A stretch of DNA of 63,872 nucleotides, the filler included, from Blastocystis sp. subtype 4 (lineage: Eukaryota): the NCBI RefSeq assembly GCF_000743755.1. It is 8 parts of 8 records of this genome, joined end to end, with 100 filler letters (N's around TTAATTAATTAA, not from the genome) between each part and the next. Parts side by side here need not be neighbours in the genome. Positions count along the whole stretch, not along the records: positions 50,842 to 57,338 come from NW_014569120.1; positions 57,439 to 63,872 come from NW_014569117.1; 6 more parts are not named here. The stretch is one strand, 5' to 3'. Shown here piece by piece: positions 51,003-63,598 of the stretch. The notes under the pieces were generated by a model, which searched no databases, had not been told where the DNA came from, and saw only the letters and a list, made by a program, of their open reading frames with translations. The position numbers and the translations under genes are program-made. Position 1 is the stretch's first letter, and the number at the start of each line of letters is the position of its first letter.

Positions 51003-53067
51003 CTACAACTCATCCATTACTAATGTATTAAAAAAGTCGATATCATGTTGTGTTAATGAGACTCTTTCTGTTTGAGGCACATGAGTTGGTACATTTGGTA
51101 AATCATTCATATAACTATTTCTAATAACATTGGGAGCAGTTTGGAATGCCATAGATGGATCATTTCGTGATATACCATCTTGACGAATACTGCCTGATAC
51201 AATTCCATTTGCTGGCGAATTCAACACGGATGGATGAGAGGATTCACCAGGCATATCTTCAGGAATGGAAACCACAATGGGCCTAAGAGCAGGAGCAGCT
51301 TCAGGATCCATGGCCAGAATCTTTGCATCGTCATAGTCTATAGATTAGATACTCCTTATTCACTCACCATCTCGGAAGATATCATCTGTCACTGCATCGA
51401 TTGTGAAACAGCTAGGAAGGACTCTAGGCAGAGGACTGCCGGTGGGACCTGTGATGGCTACTGGTGAGGGATTCTGTGTGTTGCCTGAGGGTACAACTTG
51501 GACCACAGAAGGCGATACAGATTGAGTCTGGAGCGTGGAGTGGAGAGTTGGTTGAGCGGCAGAGACAATGGTAGCAGCAGACTGAGAAACAGGAACCTGT
51601 GTAGAAGCCGAGACAGAGGTACGGTCAGGAATAACGATAGGATTGGGAAAAACAGACTGATTCGGCTGTGGAATCGTTGGTTGGACAGGCACCACAGGAA
51701 CAGGTTTTAATGTCACTGGAGGAGTCGATTCAACCCTGGTGGGCCTATTCAATATGACTCCCGCTCCTACAGAAGGAAGTGTGCCTACTGAAGGAAGAGT
51801 TGAAGGTAGTTCTGGCACAGGGGGTCGTGTAGATTCTGCGAGTACTACTGGTACTGCAACCATTTCTGGGCCAGATTCTTCAGGTATCACTATGTTTTCT
51901 CCGATAGGTTGAATAGGAAAGAATGAGGTTTGTGATGGTTTAGAGTGTAGCGGCAATGTTTCAACAGTATGATAACTGACTCCAGTTTCACTTCGATAGG
52001 ACTGAACAGAAGGAAGTGGCTGAGGAGTACCAACTGACCGAGGAGTGGCAATTGACTGAGGAGGAGTAGCTGACTCAGCAGCAGCAACCTGAGTATTTGC
52101 CTGCGGAACCACTTGAGGTACTTGCTGTGAGATGTCTTCTGGAACATTCTCAGCTTCTTCTCTTCCCTCTTGAGGAGCTGAATAAAGAATAGATTCATTA
52201 TAAATCACCATACAAGACACATCTAACAAATTCTCTTGGCATGAACGACCACGCATCTAATAGTCAGATCTCCACTCAATGATTACTGTGAACTCATAAC
52301 TTACTTCATCTACAGTAAAAATCGTATCTGTTGATGCCTCATACTCACCAATATAGTTATCATGGCCATAATACATAGCAAACACGAATGGTACTGCCGG
52401 ATTGATCAACTCGATAGGAGTGATAATCCTACCATTCCATGTATCTACTAATCAATACGATACATTAAACGTACCAAGGTCATTACAAGTATCCGTTCGA
52501 CCAAGAAAAGTATCCCCTGAATACAATTCCAGATATACTCCCTTATTTATATACTTTTGCTTCTATCTATCACCAACAAAACGATTCAATACAGCAAGAG
52601 AAGCACCATGAACTGTTGCTACGAAAAATGCAGGAGTATCCGTATCAACAGTATCCGGAGTGTGAAACAAGGTATCGTATGCCACAAACTGGACTTTAAG
52701 ACCGATACGACCATAAGTAGATGACTTCCGAGTTACCATAGTTACAGTATAAGGGCCCCACGTGGGATTATCAAGGAGACTAGAAAGGTTAAGTTCATAC
52801 GTTGCAACAACTTTCCTAATCATTATTAACTACTACAATTTTTACGGATGATGAGCAAAACCTTTGTCACTCATTAGGTATACCATGACCTTTTCTGTTT
52901 GTAACTTACTTACGGGACACTTGAAACAAAAACTTTGATTAAACTTGATGCTCTCCTGACAGTCAATATAGTGAGACTTTTGCTTTTCACCGAGAAATTC
53001 CACCTAGGATCTTATACACTTCAAGTGACTACTTGAATCTTGTGTCTTCTTTGCGACACAAACTCAT
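51003..53067 (-). CDS. C2-domain-like protein with long Pro/Ser/Thr/Val-rich C-terminal region
   Basis: C2-like strands (FNQSFCF, VVATYELNLSSL, GRIGLKVQF), then low-complexity exons 51360-52256 and 51003-51311. Confidence 0.5.
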
Positions 53068-53240
53068 ATCCTTTGAGAAAATGCAGAAGCAAATAGTCTC
53101 CTGATGACATTAAATATTACAAAAACAGAAATAACAACTACAGAGAGATAGTATATTCATTTTGTTGGGTTGTGCTCGGGGTTTTAGATTTGTTCTCTTT
53201 TATTCACTTCATTTCGTGACGTGTATTACTCTAGAGACTC

Positions 53241-55201
53241 ATGAAAACACCTTCAAGCAATAGTCAATTTCCTAGAACTACTGTTCGAATACAGGAGGAT
53301 GTAGAAGAGGGAGAGGTAGTTGATTTTGCTTTTCATAGAGTCAATTCTGATAGAGGGACGCTGGAGGATCCTTTGAAGGAGCGAAATGACATGAGTCCTG
53401 AATCCGAGAACCAAACACACCCTCCTGTTACAGCTGATGAATTGAAGAGGAGTTTTCTCGAAATCAAGAAAATGAAGGAAAAAGAGCTTGCATTGAAGCC
53501 AGCTGTTGTTTCAACGGAAGGATATTCTGATTCAAGTGGAAATGGGATTGAAGAAGAATCTGTGAAGAAGTCTAAGGAGCTGAAGGAAGCAATGTTGGCA
53601 ATCATTCGAAAACAGCAAGTTGAAGTAAAACAAGTTTCGTCACCTTTTGTGGAGAATATGCCTGTAGTTAAAGCATCTCTGATATCAGTTGCTCCTGACT
53701 CATCCTGTCCATCTATTAACTCGTTCTTCATTCCTATGCATTCTTCCTTTTCAACTAGTTCAGAATCAATTTGGACTCCTCCGAGTGTTTCGGAACCCCA
53801 GATCTATCGACCAGAAATATGGAAGTGGAGAAAGCCTCGTAATTGGGATATTCCAGTCAAAGCAAGTCCCTTGTCAGATGGTTCCTTTTACCAATCTGTA
53901 TTGAATGCAACACTTGCTGTGACATCTCCGAATTCAAAAGTATCTCCTTATGTTGTAGGTGATGCAATAATGGAGAGTACTCCCTTCATTCCTCTTCATT
54001 CATTCTATCAGAGGGTGCCTACTGAAGATTCACTTTCTTATGATACTGCTCCCTCATCCTTTGAAATTGAAAATGAATTCCCGGTATTTTATGACATGCC
54101 CACTCGCAAACCCAAGAAAAAGAAGAAAAAGAAAGTAACTCTTCCTCCTCCACAAGAGACATTTGATGACATCAGTACATCTCAAAGTGAATCGGAAAGC
54201 GATAATCCTCGTTTTTTGCGCCTTCGACAGGTGTCGCATTTATGGCGTAAGCGTGAACGTCAATTGAGTCTTGAAAAGGAAGAAGAAGGCCAGGTATCCA
54301 AGAAGGAAATGAAACTTCTATTCTTCCGTCATCATGATTGTCCGTTAGACTGTAGGTTAATCCTGAATTCTTTATCCTAGCACTCTCTCCAAGTGAAGAG
54401 ACCTTTCTTCAAGAGTTAGAAGAACGGCATAATGAACGTTGGGCTATTCGGACTGGTGCAAAAAAGCCATCTGCTGCATATCTTCAGAATTTGAAAGATC
54501 AGATTCTAAAAATTAAAGAAATGAAGGATAAAGAGTTAAAAGCAGTACTTTCGGAAGAAACTCAATCAGAGGATAATGGGGATGATGAAACTCCCAAGGA
54601 GGAAGATGATCCTTGGCGACGAGCTGCAGCTCATCGAGTTGTATTTGAGCGTATGCAGAAACGTCGTAGAGTTGTGGTTCCTTATCAGCCATCGACTTCT
54701 GAGATTCATCATTCTTATTATCCATCTGATGTATTTGTACAGTACTCATTTGTGTTGAATACACAGCGTTCTCCTTCTCTTAGCATAATGCCTTCCTTGC
54801 GGTATCGGATTTCCAGTAAACGAGCTCAGAACGATGTTCCTGCGTTGATTATTGGATACAACATTAATTTAAAGAAGCGGAAGATTGAATGGACAGCGAA
54901 TCGGGAGCGAATTCTCCCTGTAGAACTGAGACGAAAAGTAAATTGTATAGAGGATGAGCACTTACGAATAGCTTGAGGATGTGCGTTTGAATGAGTTGAA
55001 GGCGCAGATCAAGCTTCAGAAGGTCCAGACCGAGATCGAGAAATTGGAGCAAGAAATTCTGAAAACTCAAGAAGCGTTAAAAGCAGATAAAGTAGAGAGG
55101 TGGAAGAGTTGTGGATTGAGCCATAGAATCGTCATCAAGTCTTAGTATGTAATATTCAGAAGAGAATTGATCAGAATAATCTAAAAAGAGGTAAGTTATA
55201 G
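53241..55201 (+). CDS. uncharacterised Ser/Glu/Lys-rich, probably nuclear protein
   Basis: Exons around 53241-54330, 54381-54935 and later; EEGEV motif, poly-K NLS-like stretch, terminal coiled coil; TAG at 55199-55201. Confidence 0.55.
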
Positions 55202-55232
55202 GTTCTTTTGGTTATTAATTGTTTGTTTCTGA

Positions 55233-55957
55233 ATGGGACTACTGTCAATCATTCGAAAAGCAAAACGAAAAGAACATGAAATGAGAATCCTCTTCTTGTA
55301 GTGAACACAGACTCTCTCTCATCGTAAGGGGTTTGGATAATGCAGGAAAAACTACTATTATCCGAAAACTCATGAATGAGAACACTACTGATATTAGTCC
55401 TACAATGGGATTCACCATTTCATCACTAGACTATCGAAAGTGATCGTTGCTGCTTTATATAACTCATAGTTTCCATTTGAACATATGGGATATCGGTGGA
55501 CAAGGATCAATACGGAAGTTCTGGAAGAACTACTATGAAGAAGTTGGTTTGTTTTCCTTTTGAACAACATAGACGGATGCAGTCGTATGGGTAGTCGACA
55601 GCGGAGATAAGGAACGACTAGATCTGTGCAAACAGCAATTTCGAGAAATTCTATTCGAAGAAGTGATTAGAACAGTCTTTTGCTTACTCTTAGAAACTTA
55701 TGGGAGCTGCTGTGTTGATTCTGTGTAACAAGTGTGATTTGAATGGAGCAATGCCAGTAGACATGATTACCAACGTTTTTTTGAGTTTTCTCGATGAGCT
55801 GTAGTATTTGGAGATCAAGGGTCCTGAATTTGAATCCCGGTATTGGTCAGTCTTTTCTTGTAGTGCAGTGACTGGAGAAGGTTTAAAGGAGAGTTTTGAC
55901 TGGCTCGTTGAACATACTTATACAGGGATGGCTTATATGGATGAAGTCGATTCGTAA
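55233..55957 (+). CDS. ARL2: ADP-ribosylation factor-like GTPase ARL2
   Basis: [65 protein letters not shown]; five short introns. Confidence 0.92.
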
Positions 55958-56248
55958 CATTATTCTTTTATGTTTTGTTGTTGTGTGATGATTTGTTCTG
56001 ATTACTCGTCTCCTGTTATCTCTCCATCTCTTTAGCTCTCATACACAATTCTCACACTATTTGGGTTCATTAAGCTAGAGTCAAAAGACTGAGACTAAAT
56101 GATATGCCACAGCGGAACAGAATCTATTGAAAAGCTGGATTTCAGTAGCTGGAATTCAAATACAATTACCATCTTGAGATTCCGCCGTTGTATCACTGGA
56201 AAAAGGCTATTCAATTCGTTTGAGTAATTCTTACAAATAGTATATACA

Positions 56249-56885
56249 ATGTCGGATGATTTCTTTGCTGATGGTATGTATAATGATTGTTAGTTAAGGA
56301 GTGTTTGTGATTCTAAACCATCCTGGTGTCTTGGAGGTGGTTGGCATCATAAGTTTTTGTAATATCTTATACTCACATTTTTGCAGATGTTCCTGCCACT
56401 TCAACCGAGTCTCCTGTAAATGAGGTCCATTGTTGTTTGGAATAAGTTATAACTAGGATCCTTTCGCTGATGCTGGTGAGTCTGACCTTGTGGCTGAGGA
56501 AGATCCTTTTGCTGCCGCTCCTACTGCTTCTGCTGCTCCTGTTGAAGATGAGTTCAAGTTCACTCGTGAGTGGAACCAGAAGTTCCGTGAGAGATGTGAG
56601 GCCAAGGATAAGGAAGCCCTGGACAAGAAGAAGGAGGTGATGAAGGAAGCTCAGGAAGAGCTACAAAAATGGAGAGAGGAGAGAGCCAAGAAGCTCGAGG
56701 CTAAGGCTGAGATGAATCGTCAAGAGGAAGAGAAACTGATTGAAGGTAATAAGGAGGATATGAACTGTGCAAATCCTTGGGAACGTGTTAATAAGCTCGT
56801 TGATATGAATGCTGAGACTTCTCATGACATGGCTAGAATGAAGCAGGTGATGATTCGAATGAAGGGAGATGCTGCTAAGATGTAA
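56249..56885 (+). CDS. clathrin light chain
   Basis: Acidic DPF-containing N-terminus, REW..heavy-chain-binding helix, NPWERVNKLVD, DMARMKQVMIRMK. Confidence 0.88.
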
Positions 56886-57289
56886 ATGAGATTTTTACTC
56901 GTTGCTTATCTTACTCTTTGGCATATATTGTTGTTTGTTAAAATGGTATTTATACTCTCTCTGGAACAAATAATTGGACAGTAAATGTTATTACAATTCT
57001 ATTCTACTCCAGACACGAAAATAGTCTTCAGGAGGATAGTTCTCTCTCGAATCTCCTCTTCTATGATGCTCAAACTCTTATAGACCAAATAGCAGCACTA
57101 GGTATAACAGATGGAAGCTTTTTATTTTGTAACCTGTGTTCATAATGTCAATCTCTCTTTCAACTGATCCTGTTGCATCCACTATCTATGGGACAACATT
57201 AACTGCTGAATAGATACAGTATAATCTACCTCGCTATCCTCAAAACGGTAATAACAACAAACAATCCATTCTACAGAGTCCGATTACGT

Positions 57290-57338
57290 TTACTTCTTGG
57301 TCATGTAGTTGGGCTTAGTCATCTTCTCAGGGACAAGA
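57290..57338 (-). CDS. 3' end of an unidentified gene, truncated by gap
   Basis: LVPEKMTKPNYMTKK* with strong codon bias, followed by a minus-strand TGTTTGTT near 57260. Confidence 0.35.
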
Positions 57339-57464
57339 NNNNNNNNNNNNNNNNNNNNNNNNNNNNNNNNNNNNNNNNNNNNTTAATTAATTAANNNNNN
57401 NNNNNNNNNNNNNNNNNNNNNNNNNNNNNNNNNNNNNNTTCGTTGATATTGAGAAAAGAAAGAA

Positions 57465-57535
57465 TGCAATAGCCGGGAATCGAACCCGGGCCTGATCCGT
57501 GGCAGGGACCTATCTTACCACTTGACTACTATTGC
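57465..57535 (-). tRNA. tRNA-Gly(GCC)
   Basis: GCAATAG/CTATTGC acceptor stem, D-loop AGTGGTAA, anticodon arm GGTCC-CTGCCAC-GGATC, T-arm CCGGG-TTCGATT-CCCGG; T-rich tract downstream. Confidence 0.95.
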
Positions 57536-57633
57536 TTCATTGTGATTTCTATGTTATACCAATTTAATATCTTGGAGAATAAGATGGAAACGGCGATTTG
57601 TCTTCAATCGACAACTATTGATTCTTTGGTTAG

Positions 57634-58461
57634 ATGTCCCAGTGGATTAAGAAGAAGAAGCCTGCTGTTTGTGTTCGTATTGTTGGTGATCTATAGGGTT
57701 TTGAAGTGATTGAACCAACTTTAAATGAGATCGAGAATAAGATGAGAGAGGGTACATTTATTTTGCATTTTAATGATTGAATAGCGGAGAGAGCTCCCCA
57801 TGATGGAAAACGTAAAAATGAATCGATATGGCCCATATATCAAATTCACCACCAGCGATCGTATCTTTTCTAATTGTTTTTTATGTGAAGACGCTTCATT
57901 TGGGAGTCTTACAAACGAGGAGATATAACTCGAGAAGTTTATGATTACTGTATCAAAAACAAATTGGCGGATCCGAATTTGATTGCTATGTGGAAGAAGG
58001 TGAGTATTTGATGTCACTTTGATTTGCAGAAGGGATACGAAAAGTTGTGCTGTCTACAGTGCGCTCAAAACGAGGAACACAATTTCAAATCTGTTTGTAT
58101 TTGTCGAGTGAGATTTGGAGATATGAGTTATTTGTAGGTTCCCAAGGCAAATCTCCCTGATGGTAAGATTGTTGAGTGTTGTCATTGTGGTTGTCGTGGC
58201 TGTGCAAGTGGTGATGGAAGCAGGAAGGTTGATGTTGGAATGGTATATAATCTGTAGTCGAAGAAAAGAGAGGTAGAAGATGAAGGAGATGAGACTAGAA
58301 AACGAATTGACATGCTTCGAACTCTAATGGAGAATGGAAATAATGGAGAAGACGAAGGGAATGAAGAAAATACAGTTAATAATGAGAATGAGCCGATTGC
58401 TGAGAATGAGGAGAACAGGGAAGTAGAAGAGGGATTGGAGAAGGAAGAAATTAAGAATTAA
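57634..58461 (+). CDS. BUD31: BUD31/G10 splicing factor with acidic C-terminal extension
   Basis: [69 protein letters not shown]. Confidence 0.93.
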
Positions 58462-58538
58462 GGAAATATATTGAGAATAGAGCTTTTCCTTGTTGTTTGT
58501 TGAAAGAGTTGCATTTGATTGTTTCTGAGTTGTCACTA

Positions 58539-59516
58539 TGAATGTATTTTCTATATTTGGGTTTGATTTAGTTCACTTCCGGTCCTTCAAAGAACTCAGA
58601 AACGTCAGATTACCTCCCAGCCATTCTACCAACATCTAAGGTATCTAATGTCTTTATAAACTATAATCAAATAGTTATTGATGATGAAACGGGCCGAAAG
58701 TGCTCTTACTAGTCGCCAATCGGAGCTTGACAAACACGAATATCGGGATGGCAAGTAAATCGTTTGGAAATATTAGTCATGAGATAGACTTATGCGGAGG
58801 AGTTCTTCTGTTCATTACCGAGGGGACTCAAAGCCTCCAACTGTACACAGGAGATTCTGGAATGGATTATGACTAGATGAATGTTTTTGATGCAGATGTT
58901 GTTTCATGTCGTACCGATTCTGGAAAGGGAACGAATGTAACCTATGGAACAATGATGGCCAATGGAGATATGTATACTCAGAGTGTCTTACATGACGAGG
59001 CCCACTCTTCTTCAGCCTATGATGCTGATTATCTTCGGAAATCGAAACCTATTCAGTTTGAGGAGGAAGATTGTGAAGACAACACATGGGTAACCATTCT
59101 CATATTCTGTGAGTGTAGATTCGAGTGTTTGGTTTTCAACCAGAAGATGTTAGCAGTGTTCTTGAGCAGTTACAGCGCTGTGGATACATCCGAGAGCGTC
59201 GTTCGACAGCCAACAACTACATGTATCTCCGTTTCTATACAACCTTGGAAGTTCAGAAGGCGTTGGCTTTGAATGGAACCCGGATTCATGGGAACTATAT
59301 CGGTGTCATTCAGTGTAGTCGTGAAGAAGTGGCAGAAGGATATGAAGGGAATCTCAATCGTGTCAAGACAAGCTCTCTGGACACACGGTAAGAAAAGAGG
59401 GAACATTTGAATGCTAGATCGTATATTGTTAAAGAGAATGAAATCTATAAACGTGCTCCTGTTCGATTACAAGGGTTGTGTTCCTGGATAACGGAATGGT
59501 TGTTTGGTGTATGGTA
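58539..59516 (+). CDS. NUP35: nucleoporin Nup35/Nup53 (MPPN RRM-like domain)
   Basis: TWVTIFGF..VLEQLQRCG..NYMYLRF..QKALALNG..IGVIQC; C-terminal amphipathic helix GLCSWITEWLFGVW. Both ends uncertain. Confidence 0.8.
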
Positions 59517-59554
59517 TGATTGTTATCAACATTCTCATTATCACATATACTACA

Positions 59555-60076
59555 CTAAAGAGTTTGATTCCCCAGTTCCGTAAGAGAATTCATAAGGAAA
59601 GGTTGCTAGTCATTAGGAAGTAAATACGAATGTACCTGATTGGGTACTTGTGTACTGGTATTCATAGGAAGAGAATACATCATACTGTTCACATCTCGTC
59701 CCAATTGATCATCTCCCACATCCAAACTTCCCTATTACTGAAGGATTCACTCAACCTATTACTTCCCGATATTTGCTCAAAAACAACCGTAATGGTTCCA
59801 CATACTTTTCAAACCCAAGTGCATTCATGGCATACAACAAGTCATCTCCATTGATAGTTTTCCTCTTTTCAGACTTGCATTTGTCACTTGCTCTACAATC
59901 CTCATAATCATTTAAAATGCCTACTCACTTGTAATGAAGGCTATAAACTCAGATACACACTCCTGAACACATTCCTTTGCATCTTTGGAGATCTTTGCCG
60001 TAGGTGGAATGGATCGTTTCATAATTCGACTGATATTGGCAATGGGAAGATAACGGTCTTGTTCATGAACTTCCAT
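59555..60076 (-). CDS. NF-YB: CCAAT-binding factor subunit NF-YB/HAP3
   Basis: [65 protein letters not shown]. Confidence 0.93.
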
Positions 60077-60168
60077 TACGTTACTCCTATTATTTCCTGA
60101 GAAATCTGCATGCGAAGGNAAACAGTTCTCAATGACGAGAAAGCAAAAACACAGAATATCTGTGGAAC

Positions 60169-63100
60169 TCAATCGTCTTGACTCAAATCTCCCGAAGCTT
60201 GCATATAGTTGATCTTGTCAATCGCCTCATCCAAATACACAATCGCCTGTTGCGTCTCCTCTCTCTTCTTCGTAATCTTTGGGTCCTCAGCAAGCATATC
60301 TACAATTGTTGCATCATTGAACAACCCCTTCACAACCTCAGGAATCATCATTTCTTTCACTTTATTCACTAACATAAACATGATTGCCTTCTTTTCACTC
60401 TCCTCTTTTAAACCTACCTTCGGTACTTCATCAATCAATTTCCTTCTCACAATCTCATAATACGAAGACAGGATACTCTTCACAATCTCTGCTGATACTC
60501 GTTTCTCCAACTCCACAGGATCATTCAGAATCCGCTCAGCATCCTCATCCTTGTCTTCCGTTGTAATGAACTGTCGTAGTGTATCCTGGAATCGCTTCTC
60601 ATTACTACAAGCAATCACCCAGTTCACCCAGTTCTCTGCCACTGTCTCTTGATTGGTTCGGAATTGGAGTTGACGACCATCTGCTACTACTTCAAACACA
60701 AACTCTCCCGTAGCATTGTTCTTCTCAAGAATTCGAGCCTCAGCTCCATCCAATCGGAATGAATGAGGTTCTGATGAAGGATCCGAGATTGAGCTGTTAT
60801 GAGCATAAGTACTGATTCTCATTCACATCAATTAAACCTACAGAATACGATTCTGGATCTGAGCAAAACGACGCTGGTATTTATGGAACTTATTACGTTT
60901 ATCTCTATTCATCACTTGTCTTCTTCTTCCCTACAACCAACCCTCAACCACAGGTAATGTGAAAGTGGGAACATCACGCGACTTCAGTTCCATTAGTTGC
61001 TAATCTCACATTCAACTATCATTCCTACCTTCTTAACACGCGCTGTAGCTTCTACACGAACTCGTTCCATATGAATACCAATGAAGTCAGGATGACGTAC
61101 GTTTACATAGTTCAGTTCCATTGACAGAAGCTGACGAATCAAATCAACAGTCTTCTGAGATTGACTACAAGAGATCACAGAGAATCATGAATACGTCCCA
61201 ATAAGTGATTGAATAGTCTCGAGAAGACGTTTCTTGAAGAGAGGACAAGAGAGAAAGATAGGAATCTCAATACGCTGTAGTCCAGAGAGTAGTTCCTCTC
61301 GAATAAGATCCACACATTCCTCACTAATACTAAGAGAATGAATAAGCATCAAACCAATATGGATAGAATGTAAGGATTCCCTTCTTAGTGAGATTAATGA
61401 ATGATTGATCAGGAGTAAACAAACCCCCACTGACACCCTGTTGATTCGCAATATCTTTCCTAATCTCTGTTATTCAATCCTTCTTCTAGCAATTACCTTC
61501 TTCTGGTACTTCTTTCACATACTCCAATTCCTCCATTCGCTCTCTAAATACGTCTATCACTCATTTCTACTCCTTTCTGTTACTCTGAAAGATGTATCGT
61601 AAACGAGCTCCTCCTTCTACTTCTTCAACCTCCATTGATCCATATCCATCCATCAATTTTGCATATTGATCAGCAAACGTATTCACACTCTGAAAGAAGG
61701 CGATTTGCATTTGAGGAAGTGTACTCAGACCAACACTCATATCCTCCAATTCTTTCCTATAACTCATTCAATCACTCTTCATTCACATTTTCTCCATCTT
61801 AAACTCATTCACACGTGTAATGATTGAAGGAATATGCTGTAACAACAATGCATTCAATTTCTCACGAAGATAACGAGTCCCATTCTTATCAGCAATATCA
61901 CGATAATGCTGACGTAAGAACACATCTTCATCTCTCCATTGCTGTTGCATATTCTTCCTGGTATCAATATCCTTCTGACCTCGATTGATCACACCTACAT
62001 ATCCTAAACGAAGAGGAATCAGTTTGTTTGTGAGAATGGGATATGCATCTGTTCCTTTATCCATCAAATCCAACTTTGTGATTACACCCACAGTCCTTAA
62101 CCCATCAGGATCAACTTCTGTAGCCATTTGAATAGCATCACTATTCGCTAGATCAGTATTGGCAGCAGTCACAGCCATAATGATACAATTGGGCTGACGA
62201 ATGAATTTCAATACCATACGACGAATAATTACTTCAATATCCTTTGGTTGATCACCTACAGGTACACGAGTAATACCAGGCAGATCAATCAAAGTGAGGT
62301 TAATCACATTTCGAGAGTATACCTTCAGAATGATAGGTCGTTCTGATACACAGATTCCTACACCTGTTTCACGAATGGTATCTGCTTCAATCTCATCTCG
62401 AATCTCATCAAAGTCAGTGTATTTTCGACCTGGTTGATGTAAAAACACTCCATAATCTAGAAATCACTCATTCCAGTCATTCTATACCATCATTCACATT
62501 ATCATCATAGATTAGTTGGAGAATCAAAGGACGACGAGTCACAATTCCACTTCCTCGAGGTAAGAAATCCTTCCCAACAATGTTCTCTAGCACACTACTC
62601 TTTCCACTTGATTGACCTCCTACAACAGCAATTTGAGGCATATCAAGAACATTATTACCAACAACTGCAAACACCTCTTGAATCTTGTTCACAATCCCAA
62701 TTAATCCTTGCAATCCATCCTTCTTTGGAGCTTTGGGAACAGGAACACTACGAGGTGGAGGAGATGGACTTCGTTCTTCATACACATGACCATCCATATC
62801 ATACACAACATCATCTTCATCCAATGGTCTTGAAGGACGGGAAGCACGATATCCTGTTGATCGTTCCGAACGATGATAACGACTCAGTGAATACGGCTCA
62901 ACATGATTTGATTCTGGATCCGATTCTGGATCCCGATAGTATTCAATCTCTCTTCGTCGTTCCGAAGGACGGGGAGCTGGTCTTCTAGGAGGCTCTGGAA
63001 GGTGGCTTGAACCATCAGATCTTTCTCCTGGAGAACGATTACCTCGATTATGTCTCAAATCATCTCGATCTAGTCTTCTTTCTCTTCGATTGGTGCCTCT

Positions 63101-63289
63101 TTCATCATAACGATCATATGTGTCTCCAATAGTATGGTCTCTGTTATATATATCAGGTTCAGGATCAAAATCCGATCGATCGGACCGAGAGGAACGAGGA
63201 ATTCTTCCTTCACTTGTCCGTGAAGAAGAATATCGTCCATCATCTCTTCGACTCATGTCCCTTCCATAACGATCATAAGACCCACTCAT
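60169..63289 (-). CDS. dynamin-family GTPase with PH-like domain and long N-terminal R/D/P-rich extension
   Basis: [40 protein letters not shown]; middle domain GGARL..IF; PH-like segment; [22 protein letters not shown]. Confidence 0.93.
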
Positions 63290-63598
63290 AGGATAGATTA
63301 TGGGAATAACAACCTTTCGATTCAACTGCTTCTAGAAATACTCTAATGCTATTTTGAATTTGAACAAACAAGGAGACACGAAAACAAGTCCATTCTATCA
63401 AGCGAACTCTAAATCACATCACTCCATTTGATCAAGTATGAATACTCAGAATAATGTACCAACGTTGATTTCTACATTCATCCTTGTAATTCATACATCG
63501 ATTCTTAGTACCTTCCTATCATCATTTGGATAATTCATCAGATTTGGCTAATACAGACATTATCGATGGCAATGATTATTTCATATATTCAATGATAC

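Noticed and set aside
44690..59516. Apparent functional clustering of Nup205 and Nup35, and of several trafficking genes
   Set aside because: They lie on different contigs joined by artificial spacers, so linkage is unsupported.
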